Shown here piece after piece: positions 1-12,900 of a DNA stretch of 64,000 nucleotides. The first letter of the stretch is position 1, and the number at the start of each line of letters is the position of its first letter. The notes below the pieces were generated by a model. The model did not search any database. It was not told the origin of the DNA and saw only the letters and a list, made by a program, of their open reading frames with translations. Source of the stretch: Ostrea edulis (lineage: Eukaryota); contig NC_079167.1 in assembly GCF_947568905.1 (NCBI RefSeq), forward strand, positions 13,826,001-13,890,000, read 5' to 3'. The translations under genes and the position numbers were made by a program.

Positions 1-583
1 TTACATGCGGGTCAATGGCAAATTCCTACAAAATAACCCTAAAAAATACAACCGACTTATAGGCAGACCGACTTCTGGGCGAGTATATACGGTATGTCAG
101 CTTATGTGCAAGAAAGAATAATTGCTGTGTATGGAGTGCATTCTGGTCAAAGCTCTGATTGTTGTGACAGAAAACAATGCAATGTACAGTGCATGTATAC
201 ATGGTCATGACTTTTTTTTTTATTGACTTAACAATCCTGTGTCATATTTTTGAAATTGTGTACTTTGTAATTCTTCTCAACCCTCCATTTTTGATATTTT
301 AAGATTGACGTGCCTTTTTGGGTGCCTATCTTTAGGTACCCTTTGCATTTGTCTACTAGTATATTATGCCTGTGACTGAGAAACTCTGTCCCTTTTTGTA
401 AGACTATTGTAACTGATGCAAATTAAATAGTTGAATCCCCTGCTGATGCAATGATAGAGTTTAAATAGTTCAATATATTTTTAGCATGTACAATTTCTCA
501 TTAATACTTAAGGCAGTTTGAAGAGTGTACAACCAGTGGACTAACTGGACAAATCAGTATTTCCTTGGGTAGTGTAAACTTAC

Positions 584-1327
584 TGGAACATTCTGGACAC
601 CATTGGGAGTGATGACTTGTTGGTACACCTGGGTTTGTTGCTGGGGTTGCTGAATTTGAACTTGTTGCACCTGTGGCTGTACCTGTTGCTGAACCTGTGG
701 CTGAACTTGTGGCTGACTTGTCTGTATTGCTTGCTGCTGTGGAGCTTGAATTTGAATCACCTGAGGTTGTTGTGCTACCTACAAAATGAATGCTAAAATG
801 AATAACAAACTGATATTCAAATCTGTTCTCTTTCCTTATCTTTCAGTAAAATAAACTTATTTGTATGTGAATCTACTGTATATTTGACACTTTCCATAAT
901 GTGACTTTGCAATTTGAAATCCCTGCTCCTCTCTCCCTAAAAACATTTAAAGTGATTTTAAATGAAAATTTTGTCAGACAAACTTATGAAGATGACCTAC
1001 CACAGAATTTTGAGCTGCTGAAGCAGCCTGATGAATCTGAAATGGCTGCTGAATTATTTGTCCTCCTGGAATAAACATAGAAAACACTCACACTTTAATG
1101 GCCATTAATAGTTACTGATAGTTCTCATTTCATAGACTGCACCAAAATATTCAAGGCTTTTTATCAGCAATCACAGGCAATTATTATGTAGTTTACCAGG
1201 TAGTTGTATTTGTGTTGCTTGAGATTGCTGTTGTGTTATTTGTGTCTGAACTGGTTGGGTCTGTTGCACTGTCTGTTGTGGGACTGTCTGCTGCTGCACT
1301 TGTTGTTGTTGCTGTTGTTGTTGCTGC

Positions 1328-1362
<35 letters not shown>

Positions 1363-4300
1363 GGCCTGCTGATTGGCTAACTGGAGATAATATTGTATTT
1401 GATCTGGCAACATAGATGTGCTTCTTGTTGAATCATCCTGTTAATACATGACAATGATTGTTCAACAGTAAATACACAAGGATGAAAACATGTAAAATAA
1501 GGAAATACATTAAAGGGACTGATTCACGATTTTCCCCAAAAAAATCTTTTTCACTTTTAACGATCAAAATCTACTGCCTAATGTGTTCAAAAGATTTCAC
1601 ATAAAGATTAAGGTTATACATTATCACAGAAGCTCATTGTAGAGAGTTTATTGTTTGTTTTGTAAACAAAGATTGCGGTATCTTATTGTTCACGACATTT
1701 TCAAAAGAAATGTATATTGATCTAAGTTTATTATATCTTTCACATTTCAAACTTTTCGGGGATAAAAAGTGTCTTCTAAAAGTTAAAATTTGTGACTACG
1801 CAAAACTAAGATGCTTTAATTTACAAAATCAATATTTCACTTGCTTGTTTGTATACATAAAATGACTCGAGTCTTTGTTTACATAACACAGATTCAAGGC
1901 TAAAATATTGCTTTTATTCTTGTATTCAGAAGGTCAAAAGTTTGGCTGTCAACATTAAATAAGTTATATTTTTAATGTTTAACATCAAAATTGAAAAATA
2001 TTTTTATTAAAAATCATGAACCAGTCCCTTTAAGATAAAAGTATTAAGTCATATAATGTATACATCTAAAACATTACTTGTCTTTTTGCAGGCTTGAGTT
2101 CATCTCTAGGAACTATGTCAATGAGAAAATCAAACTGGTCAAATTTGGTAATGGCCATGGCAATATCATTTCGCTGCAAAATAAATAATACTGTACATTA
2201 AGTGAGGCTGATAAAATAAAATCTGCATTTCAACAACACTTTTTCCCTTCAGTTTTCCAATATGATATTTACTACAGCAAGAGAATTATTGATCTTCAAA
2301 TCAAGGAAGTGAAGAAATTTTCCATGCTCTAAATCATTGTATCAAACAACTGTAATTTTCATTTAATACTTTGTGCAATCTTTTATTTCAGCACATACCT
2401 GTAGAGTTCTCCTCTTGTTGTCTTCAGTGTGAATCCAGGCCCTGAGTGATAGCTCACTTATAAAGATCTCAGCAGCTTTAGCAAATAGCACTGGTGCTTC
2501 TGCACTGATCATCTACAACAGAAAATCTTATGACTCTGTATATACCGGTATATGTAATCTTTGATGAATGCATCTAATTTTGAAAAAAATAAAAATTGGA
2601 GCAGGAAATGTTTCCAGGAAATTTTTGAAAGGTAAAAGGTAAGTTATTATCTCTAATAAATTACTTAAATTGTACAACTTTTATCTAGAAACTCTTTTTA
2701 AAAAACCAGTTTCCTTTATAAACATATACTTTGTACACATAGACATCTGCCTTTGTGTATACTTTTCAATGGTGTGTAGGCAGTGTACATTTCGCACACT
2801 ATACACTTATAGCTCTCAAATGTGTGCAAACCTTAACATCCTCATCAAGCTTCATTATCTTCTTAATTCTCGCTAGTGGCAACTCCTGTTGTTTAAAATC
2901 ATCCTGAAAAAAAAATCAAAATACAACAATACTATTCAGTGATAATATATGAAATTATATCATATCTATATGTTATTTTTTCTTGTTTTGATACAAGAGA
3001 ACTTCAAAATGTTTATCACTTCTCACTGGGGAAGATATATATATGATTATAGTAGAACAATTAGGATGCAATACAATGGCCTCACTATCAATAGAGAATT
3101 AAACTGAGATGGTTTTTGTTTAAGCATGGCATATTGCAAATACATAATATGTACAAAAAAATGTATGAGTATTGGACCCAAATGCAAATTTGTTTTCCCT
3201 TTTTGATCAACCCAGAAAAAAAATGCCCTGACTTGATAATGTTACTTCTATTTCTCATAACAGTCTTTAATTCTTAATTATGATACTTTCTAAGATTCTT
3301 TATTTGTTGTTTTCAGTTGGGTTTGGGGGGGGGGGGTGTCTTTTTTGTAATACTTGAAAAGCATGAAGTGTAAAAACAGTACACTCTACCTTAATACTTA
3401 GTAAAAGCAATTTGCTCACTAACTACCAATTTGTCAACTGACCAGTTTTGCCTGGAAAAATAAAGTAATTTTCCTAGTAATTCCACCTACCACCATGTTG
3501 GTGAAATTACTAAGACTTTCACAAAGAGGGCTTGAAACTGAAATATAGAATTTACAGAAAGTATGTATATGTATATCAGTCATAATTCTTTTCATAGTAG
3601 AATCCATAGTCATTGGAATGGTATTTGGTTTAAGAAATGGGCCAATAGTCAGCTCTTCCATAATGGTAGAACATTTTGCACACTGGTGCAAAGTGTACTA
3701 GTCTATGTTTATCAATTGCTAATATAATGTCAGAAGACAACACAGCACGATGAGCAAGGTAAAATTTATAGTATATGTCAGATGGATAATGTGTAGTTAA
3801 TCATAATCAATTATCCAAGTCTAAACAACATAAATGTAGAAAATAGTTTATACTGAGAAACAGTCCTAAAAACAAAATTCAACCTAGTGATAATGCATCT
3901 TCAATATCATCAATGCAAGTTTGAGAATCAAGTCTGATTACAGTAAATGTATCAATCCTTACAGGTATCATGCATGTAACTTTCATCACTGTAGAATATA
4001 AAAGTGTTTATCAAAGTTCTTTGTCTCTTGAAATCAATCCCTGGTCCCAATTTTATCCATATCAACAAGTTTAAACTTAACTTTACTCTCAATTTCTCAA
4101 CCTCCCTATCTTTAAAGATCTTCAAAGTAAAATCTAGGTCTCATTTCCTTAAGGAGAAATGCCATATTATCATAATATGGCTGACCTCCTTCAAAAACAA
4201 ATGCAAATAAAATATCAGTAATATATTCCAGAGTACTGCTGATCTGTATATATTGAAGTCTCTGAGCTCTAGTCTGTAAGAGGGTTTTCCAAAGAAACAA

Positions 4301-6313
4301 AAATTCAAGGTGACTTTCTACTAAAACTACATGTTTTACTAAGTAAGATAAATTCAAAAGTTTTCCATTGCAAAATATCATTGTATATATATCCTGCATT
4401 TCCTTCCATAACAGTTTTCTCTGATGTGCTATTCCTCCTTAAATTTGACTTTTGATGACTATGTACTGGCAGTCATTCAGATGTATGTTAAATAGGGGCA
4501 TGGAACATTTATCAGAGAAATCGAAATAGCTTAGTGTGGTGAATGTGCATCATGCAAAGTGAATGTTTATGCACGTGCACTGTGCAAGGTACAGCAGTTT
4601 ATTTAGAATTTTTAATAACTGTTGTAATCAATAACTGAAACAATGTTTTAAAGATAAATAATTAATGACATGTCACAAAATTATGATTGAATGGTATATG
4701 TGCTTTTAAAAGCCATGGTGAAAGCAAGTCTGATGCATATTCAAACAGGTTTAATGATTGTGTAGAAAATATTGGCTAGATTTGATTGCTGACCCATATG
4801 GAGCACCAAATTAACATAAACTCAAATAATTGAAGATATCTTCAATTATTTAAAGATATCATCAATTCATTTGATGCGCGCAACAATTGAATTAGAGATA
4901 TCTTCAAATAATTAATGATATCTTCAATTCTGAATTATTGCGTGCATTAATTGAATTGATGATAGCATTAATTCTTCAGCTGAATTGATGTGCGCTTTAA
5001 TTGAATTAATGATCTCTTCAAATGAATTAATGATATCAACAATTGAATTGATGCGCGCTACAATTCAATTGAAGAGAGCAATAATTGATATAATGCGCGC
5101 ATTAAATCAATTGATGAGAGCAATAATTGAATTGATGCGAGCATTTGATGAGAGCAATAATTGATTTAATGCGCACATTAATTCAATTATTGCTCTCTTC
5201 AATTGAATTAATGATATCTTTAATTCCTTTGGAGAGAGCAATAATTCTTTTAGAGAAAGCAACGATATAATTAAAGATATCTTCAATTCAACATATCCAC
5301 AATTGAATTAATCATATCTTTAATTGAATTGTTGCTCTCTTTAAAAGAATTGATGCGCGCATTAATTCCTTATACAAAAGCACTGTAAATGAATTAAAGA
5401 TATCTTCAATTGAATTAAAGAGATCATCAAATTATTTATACCGAGCTCTAAATTAATTATTGCGAGCAATATTTCTACTAAATTGCATCAATTGAATTGA
5501 AGAGAGCAATTATTGTATTAATGCGCGCATTAAATCAATTATTGCTCTCATTAATTCAATTGATGCGCACATTAATTCAATTGATGCGTGCATTAATTCA
5601 ATTGATGAGAGCAATAATTGAATTGAAGCGCGCATTAATTCATTTGATGAGAGCAATAATTGATTTAATGCGCGCATTAATTCAATTAAAGAGAGCAATA
5701 ATAGAATTGATGATATCTTCAAACAATTGAAGATATCTTCAATTATTTGAGTTTATGTTAATTTGGCACTCCATAGACCCATTTGAAGCTTTATTGCACT
5801 GGTTGTCATCTATTCAGATAAATAGAATCATTCCATCATCAAGTTAAATTTATGAACCCTAAACTGTAGAAGGAATTACAATTTAACAATTTTGAATTCC
5901 AAAGAAGGGATCAGCCTTTTTTCCCCCCATTAGGCCCATATTCAGACTAAAGATTAACTTAAACATTCCAAACTTTCTATATATATGCGAGATATGCCAT
6001 ATCAAAAGATTAGAAAATGTAAAGCTGAAAAAGAAATATCATCCATATAAATAATATATTTCTGTAGAAAAAAAATTATCTGATCGACAGAGTGTTTGAC
6101 ACAATATACATTATGTCAAGATACTGTCAGTGAATATACAGTTCTAAGCATATTACACATGCAAAAATATTTTATGTGAACAACCTGTTTCAAGGCTCTA
6201 ATGTTGCCGATGGTCTTCGGCCAGAACTGCTGCAGCATCATATTTGCCTCACCACTTATAGTCACCCCTCCTGTGGGAGAGGATCCACCTGGGGTGTAAT
6301 TTGGATCAGACAT
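584..6313 (-). CDS. NFYC: Nuclear transcription factor Y subunit gamma (NF-YC), 3'-incomplete (continues past window start)
   Basis: Coding exons 6313-6185, 2903-2832, 2512-2399, 2173-2078, 1437-1197, 1065-1001, 778-584, all GT-AG and phase-consistent. Translation gives the histone-fold core [83 protein letters not shown] followed by a Q-rich domain. Confidence 0.96.
1300..1362 (-). repeat. Coding CAA/CAG repeat, 21 consecutive Gln in NF-YC
   Basis: 63 nt of mixed CAA/CAG codons within exon 1437-1197. Confidence 0.9.
1514..2029. mobile_element. Non-autonomous DNA transposon (MITE), Kolobok-like
   Basis: TTAA at 1510-1513 and 2030-2033. TIRs AGGGACTGATTCACGATTTT and AGGGACTGGTTCATGATTTT (18/20 match). 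RR termini with a TTAA TSD fit Kolobok. Confidence 0.75.
4797..5775. mobile_element. Non-autonomous foldback DNA transposon with 6-bp TSD (IS3EU-like), copy 1
   Basis: Termini TATGGAG...CTCCATA with long TIRs (AAATTAACATAAACTCAAATAATTGAAGATATCTTCAATT). GACCCA direct repeat at 4791-4796 and 5776-5781. Interior is degenerate ~21-nt repeats. Confidence 0.85.
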
Positions 6314-6489
6314 TCTTCAAATCCAGGTTATCCTACCAAAAAAAAAAATTATATTTTTTTGGAAAAGGTAAATTAGAAGGAACATTTCAACAATACAAAA
6401 ATATTTTCAATATTTACCATAACAAAACAGCATTCAATTTCGAAAAATTTGTTATATATAGGCCTAAAATCTGCGTGTGTAGCATTTTT

Positions 6490-6994
6490 ACATGGCGACG
6501 ACAAGATAAGTTCGAATGTTGGTATCAATATTCTAACAATATTTATACTGGAAATATTTTATATTGCAATTTTTATATATCAAATCGTGACACTTTATTG
6601 TTTGTAATATGCGACACAGTAAAACTACTGGCTGGCTGTCCACAAAATGCGATTGATTGTGGCAATTGGACCAATAATTTGGTCAGAATTTACATACCCA
6701 ATCAACACATGAACCAATGACCTACCCACCAATGAGAGTGAAGAACAATCCAGTCCAAATGCAGGTGCGCGAATACAAGAAAAGTAGTTAGTACAACTAC
6801 AATTAAAGATAACTGATACGTATGAACAAGTTTCCCAAATAAGTATTCAGTAAATTAGCACAAAATACACAATTATTTTTTGTTTCCTTCTTTATGGGAA
6901 GAAAAATATGGCGGATTCTGATTGGAGAAAAACTGCGCATGTGTGACATGAAATAAACACTAAAGCACCGCTTCCGGTTAATGATACGGGGAAA
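6490..6994. promoter_or_regulatory. Probable bidirectional promoter of NF-YC and MED8 with a CCAAT-box cluster
   Basis: Start codons at 6313 (-) and 6995 (+). CCAAT/ATTGG at 6665, 6671, 6698, 6714, 6729, 6921. YY1-like ATGGCG near 6908 and ETS-like CTTCCGG at 6971. Confidence 0.65.
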
Positions 6995-9900
6995 ATGCAG
7001 GTATGAAATCGTAGGCCTATATACTTATATTGTAATTGATATGCCTACTGAAGATTAATTAACTTAGGAGATGACATGGTCCTTGTAATTATGGAGAAAA
7101 TACGCGTTACCACAATTTACCATCTATCTAAAATTTATCGATATGGCAGACAAACCTGCTGTAAATTTAATTTCTGTGGAAACGAGTAGGGGGTTATTTA
7201 TATTCGGTCTTTCCTATAGGATAGGAAAGACCAAATATAAATAACCCCCTACTCGTTTCTACAGAAATTACTGTAAATTGTAATTCCAATGCCATTTGTA
7301 GATTAGTAGCAGTAATCATTATCATTACAGTACCATGGATAATGAACCCATTTTTCAATCACAAATAATATTGTAATGTAATGCATTACTTTCATAAAAA
7401 TGTAAATATTGACTTTTCAATTATGCTTTAATATTTACAAAGATTCTTGGCCAACCCTGCAACTAGTTCGAAATAGCTGACGTTTTCCTGGCTTTTTTAT
7501 GATTTTGATATTTACCGTCAGTGATTTAGATTAGAATGCAAGTTGATAGGACAGAGGGACTAATTGATATAAAAATTATAGTCCATTTTAGCCTAACTCC
7601 ATGAAAACTTCAGCCCCTAAATAAATATGAAGCAATGCTGCAAAAAAAACTTTAAGATCCCTTCAATAATTGTTAACTTATATTGAGACGTCACCAGTTG
7701 TAAGTGAAGTACCACGCTCAGAGCTGTAGTAATGAGGGTTCTTTAATGTGCAACAATGCCTGCTGTGACACAGGACGTCATTGTTAAAGGTCATATCCAA
7801 AAGACCCGTAATTCTCACTTTTAAATACCTAGCGTTTGGCAAAGGGGCAATCATTACCTATGTTTACATCTAAGGTTTTACACAGCCATGACACGAGCAG
7901 AGTTGAACTCCTGGTTATGAAGCATTGAGCTACCGCGACTGGAAAATCCGATGTTCAATAGGATTTGTTGCCCATCATCAAGCCAGACTCTTCGGCGAAG
8001 CCATTTTTCTTCAAAACTAGTTTCTCGCAGATTGCTGCTACACAAACAAGAGAAGCAAGATCAGCAGAGTACCAGTTGATTATATTTTTTCTCAAAGTAA
8101 TTTCGATTCGACGGAAGTTTTTCGAAAACCAATCAAAATCTTCTTTACAAATGATCGACTGAGTACCTTTATTATGACGAACCAAGGCAGATCGCAGTTA
8201 ATTTCCCTTGGGTGGTAAACACTTAAAAATGATCGGCCATACTGACTGAAAAATGAAAATTTCATAGGTACATTTTAATCGGCCATTTTCAGTATTTCTC
8301 GGCCATTTTGACGATGGCCAACGCCAATCTGAATCACTGTTTACTGTGCCAGTAAAACTGAAATATCTGACGTTTTAAGATTATGATATTTACTGTGCCA
8401 GGAAAACGTCAGCTTTTCCTGGCACGGTAAATTTCAAAATCATAAAAAAAGCCAGGAACACATCAGCTATTTCGGACTTCCCAGCAACATGACATCTGCT
8501 CAAGTGGAAAGAATGTTGCTGGTGTAGCAGGGTCTGCTTAGCCAAGAATCCTATTAAAGCGTAATTGAAAAGTCATTACTGACATTTGTTTTAAGCATTA
8601 CAGGCAGAGTTCTCAGGTCAGAACTGTTCTCTGACTGACAGTATATTTGAAAGTCTTGTGTCACAAAATGTAACTCTGATGTGTAAAATGACATGAACAT
8701 GTGATTTTTATATTCACAATCTGTCTTTAAAGTTAATTTACAAATAAAATGTGTGTTCCTAAATTTAATTTTTATTATTTTCATAATGTAATGTGTATTG
8801 TAATTCATTACTTTAATCAAAACTAATTATAATTTTAATGTAATTTCAAAATGAAGGCAATCATGGTATATGTAATGGAAGGGTTCCAATATATGCATTA
8901 GGCCATTCCAAGTTTTTTTTCTACGTTTAGCATCCATGGACCGATTGGTTTTAAGGTATACAAATTAAAAAACGCGCATTCACCAGAAAAAAATCATGTT
9001 ACATATTACAATGCTACATGTATTTGCACTCTATGTCTAATTTTTTATGGAGATCAAAATCCTAAAAAAAAAAACACTAGAGTATACTTTGTGACTTTCT
9101 CAACTGGCTAACTATCTCTCTCTCTCTTGTCTGCACATGATGTTATATGTCATTATAATAGATGTCTACATCTTTTAAATAGATATTTGGCAAGTACTGG
9201 GTAGGGGCAGTAGTGTGAAAACTTGGTAAAATATGCACAGTTCATGTAGTTGGGTGATAGTATATTGTTTAACGTCGTGCTCAAAAAAATTTCACATGTA
9301 TGAAAACGTCACCATTGCCAGTGAAGAGTTGCAAAATTTAGGCCTATGCTTGATGCTTACGGACTTTGAGCAAGGGAGGATCTTTATCGTGTCACACCTG
9401 CTATAACATTGGGCCTCTGTTTTTGTGGTCTCATCTGAACAAACACCTCCAAGTCTGTAGATGCGGTTACAGAGGAATATAGAAAACATATTCCCTCACT
9501 TATGGCAAGGTCTAATAGTCTGCATTTTCTCTTTGATATGTTATATATAACAAAGCTTAGAGCAAGATTACAATGACAAAACAAAATACAACAATAAGAT
9601 ACACATTCAACTTCAGTTAGAAAAAAGTTCATTGATTGATCATGATCAAAAGTTGTTTAGGGAGAAAATACTCAATTGCTGATAAGGATTTTATAATTAC
9701 ACTAAAATGTTGTGTTTTTTCTACTGATTTGTGGGTTGTTGTTTTTTTCTATAGAAAGATAGGATTTTGACTCTAGGGTAGATGCTAAACATAGAAAAAA
9801 CTTGGAATGGCCTTATATTTCACAGTAATTGACCCCAGGTCTGATGTCATTTATGTTATACCTTCATTTAACAATTTTTCGAGATGGTCTACTGATAATT

Positions 9901-12900
9901 TAGCCATTTTGACTTATGCAGGAAAAGTATAAAATATATAATATGTATGGTAATGACCTTACTTTGATTTACCTGTAAATTGTAAAATCATTGAGAGGAA
10001 AAATTAAAATCCATTGGACTCAAAACTCATGATCTTCAGATTGGCATTCTAACATGCTTAAATCCACAGAGATGACCAGATAGTTAAGTAGCAGTATTTA
10101 AACATGTTTCAAATTCCGTGATCGTAAATATATTGCTGATGTTTATCTATGCATTTTTTTAAAAAATAGTCTTTATGAAGTCTTGTGATAATATGTTGTT
10201 CTACTTTATGTTCTAGAAAGAAGAGAAGCAACTTGAGCATACGGTGGAATCTCTTATTCAGAGAGTTCAAGACATAAAGAATTCCATTGCTAATTTTCTT
10301 CTGAAGTTGGAAAATGAGTACAACACCCTGCATTGGTACTGATTACTATAATATATACTCTGTCAAATTAATGACTGTATAGTATGCATGTATTTTGAAT
10401 GTTTACATTGTTATATCGAATACTTCATCTGTGTATGGCAGAGTAGCGATGAAGAATCTGGTCCACTGCAATACATGTATTTGAACTGACATTTTAGTTC
10501 TTTCAATCTTGGGACACCCAGAAATGTTAATTCTCACTTGGAGGTTCTGTATTGAAAATCTGTTTCCCGAATACTGATTAATTTCTTATTCCAGCTTCTC
10601 CATTGTCAACTTCCCGAATACTGATTAATTTCTTATTTCAGCTTCTCCATTGTCAACTTCCCATATTTATGTAGCAATATTCCATTATCACCTGCATATG
10701 GTGTTTATATCTCTCAACTGAATCAGTATGCAAAAGCTTGTTCTGCATATGATTAGTTTTTAAATTGAGGCTACTGACAAACAAGTTGATGTTACAGGGG
10801 TTTCTACAATCTTGTTTAGAGTCAACAATTCGCAAATGTTATGGTTGTTTTAATGATCCAATTTGCCAATACAGCCTATCATTGGGTCAAAGGTTGTCTG
10901 ATGTGTATACCAACTGTTGGGCTGTTCTTGGCACACTAATTTTGACTTCGGATTACTCTGTTTACCTGATCAAGATATAGGGCTCACGGCGGGTGTGACC
11001 GGTCGACAGGATGCTTACTCCTCCTAGGCACCTGATCCCACCTCTGGTTTATCCAGGGGTCAGTGTTACCTCAACTCTATTTCCTTATAGGAGTTATGGG
11101 ATTGATCACTGTTTATTAATATCTTCACCTTTCATCAGTCACGTGATTGATTTATGAAATTTCAGACCAGATGAGTGTCTTGCTCACTTCGACTACAATT
11201 TGATTTAAGTCAGACTTCTTTGATCCACTCCATAAACTCTTGTGGAGCAGATTTAAGAAGATTTACTTCCAACTGTTTTAACTTTTGGCCTTTCAAACAT
11301 GTATGCATTCCTTGCTTTTGGTTTGTGTCATTTAGATTATTGTGAGGATATCAGTCCAGATTTCACTGTAGATTGTTGTGAGGATATTGGTCCAGATTTT
11401 GGAAACACTGAATTTTAATGATATGATTAGTATTTGATCTGTTCTAAGACAGTACTCTATTTTTTTCTTCCAAAAAAAAATTAATAAATAACAAACCAGA
11501 TTTCTCTCGGATATATATGGACAATTCCTTATTCATTGTTTAGCATGGCATTATAATTCTTTCTTTAAATCATAGCTTGTTAACATAGCATCTCACTTAT
11601 TATCTGTTTATATTTAACGTTAAGTGTGGGAATCTAATGTCATCATTTTAAACTTTAGGCCAACAGTGCTTGACAACTTTGCCCTTTTATCTGGGCAGTT
11701 GAACACGCTTGGGAAACTTCTTAGAAATGAAAAAGTGCCACCTTTACGGAATTCCATCCTTCTTCCAATTGCTTTATCAGGTGATAGAGATCCAGAGTTG
11801 GAGGTAAGCAAATGTATCTGTGTACAGAGGTTATACAGTTATGTAATTAAGATTTATTTGTGAATGTAATAAAATTCTAAGAATATTACACATGTATTGT
11901 CATATACCTGCACATGATTTTTAACCTTTATTTTGTGCCCAGTGGCATTACATGTATAATGATATATTTAATTAGATATTATACATAGAAAGCTGTTCCT
12001 GATGTCAACTGTAAAATATTTAAGAAGAAAAAATTACCTTAAAAGTTTATGCAAATCATTGTACATTTAATTTATTTTTGATTGATAGAAAATTACAGAG
12101 AGAAGAGTGATTGCTTTCAATGCAGATGTTGTGCCCCATTATCTCAGGACAAAGCCAGAACCAGAGGTGGAAGAGCGCCTACAGCCAGTATTGACCAGGG
12201 CATCCACATTGACCACAGAAATGGCTCAGGCATGTCATACGAAATGCTTTTTCTATTATAAAATTCTTGTCAGTTTTTCACAGTAAAATGTATTTTTTGC
12301 AATGTTTCATATTACTTTTTAATAATAGTATTATTTAGATATTATACATACAGGATAAAAAGCTTTAGCAAATTTTCTTCTTACAAACCACAAATTAGCC
12401 AAAAATATACAACTTCCCAAGGGGGGGGGGTGGTGCAAAATTGGGTCATAAAATTTGAAGATTGGAATATATAAGAAAGAATATCTTTAAATCTTGTTTT
12501 CAAGAACCATGCCTTTAATTTGTCAAGTAAATAAGAAAGTTTTCTCATTTTGTGTAAATGTTTGTTTAAACCATGACCTTTAAAGCTGTATGACACAATG
12601 TTCATGTATTATTTTTGATGCTGATCTTTTGGGAAAATATGCACCGAAACTCCATCTGCTTGTCTTTTACTACAATCTGCCACAACGCACATCCGTCCTT
12701 TATTTTTGCTAGCCATTTCGATGTTATAATCACAACCGAGCTCTACCAATTTTGCATCGAGAATGGTGCCAATGATGTAAGTTTGCATCACTTCCGGTAG
12801 AGCCCGTTATCGTAAATGTGGATTAGCAATATTTTGATATTTCATGCAATAACTCGCATATTAAAAAACACTGAGTGCTCAGACATGGGTTTTTTTTTCT

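Noticed and set aside
40-95. TACCGTATATACTCG...TATAAGTCG motif resembling a Tc2/pogo-type transposon end
   Set aside because: Only one end is visible at the window edge, so TIR and TSD cannot be checked.
1212-1415. Hydrophobic poly-Val/Ala ORF resembling a membrane protein; similarly 47286-47606
   Set aside because: Antisense shadows of the NF-YC poly-Q exon and of the Thr-rich mucin exon.
3434-4399. Several 68-95-aa ORFs in NF-YC intron 1
   Set aside because: No convincing domain motif or splice-compatible frame. Possibly decayed repeat sequence.
5497-5730. Coiled-coil-like ORFs (MRALIQL heptads), also at 55022-55845
   Set aside because: By-products of 21-nt repeats inside a TIR/TSD-bounded transposon, open on both strands.
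6301-6720. 139-aa ORF between NF-YC and MED8
   Set aside because: Low-complexity AT-rich translation over the NF-YC 5' intron and promoter, with no recognisable motif.
12230-12235. Canonical GT donor at 12234 for MED8 exon 4
   Set aside because: It adds 4 nt and breaks the frame with both available acceptors (14025 and 14031).
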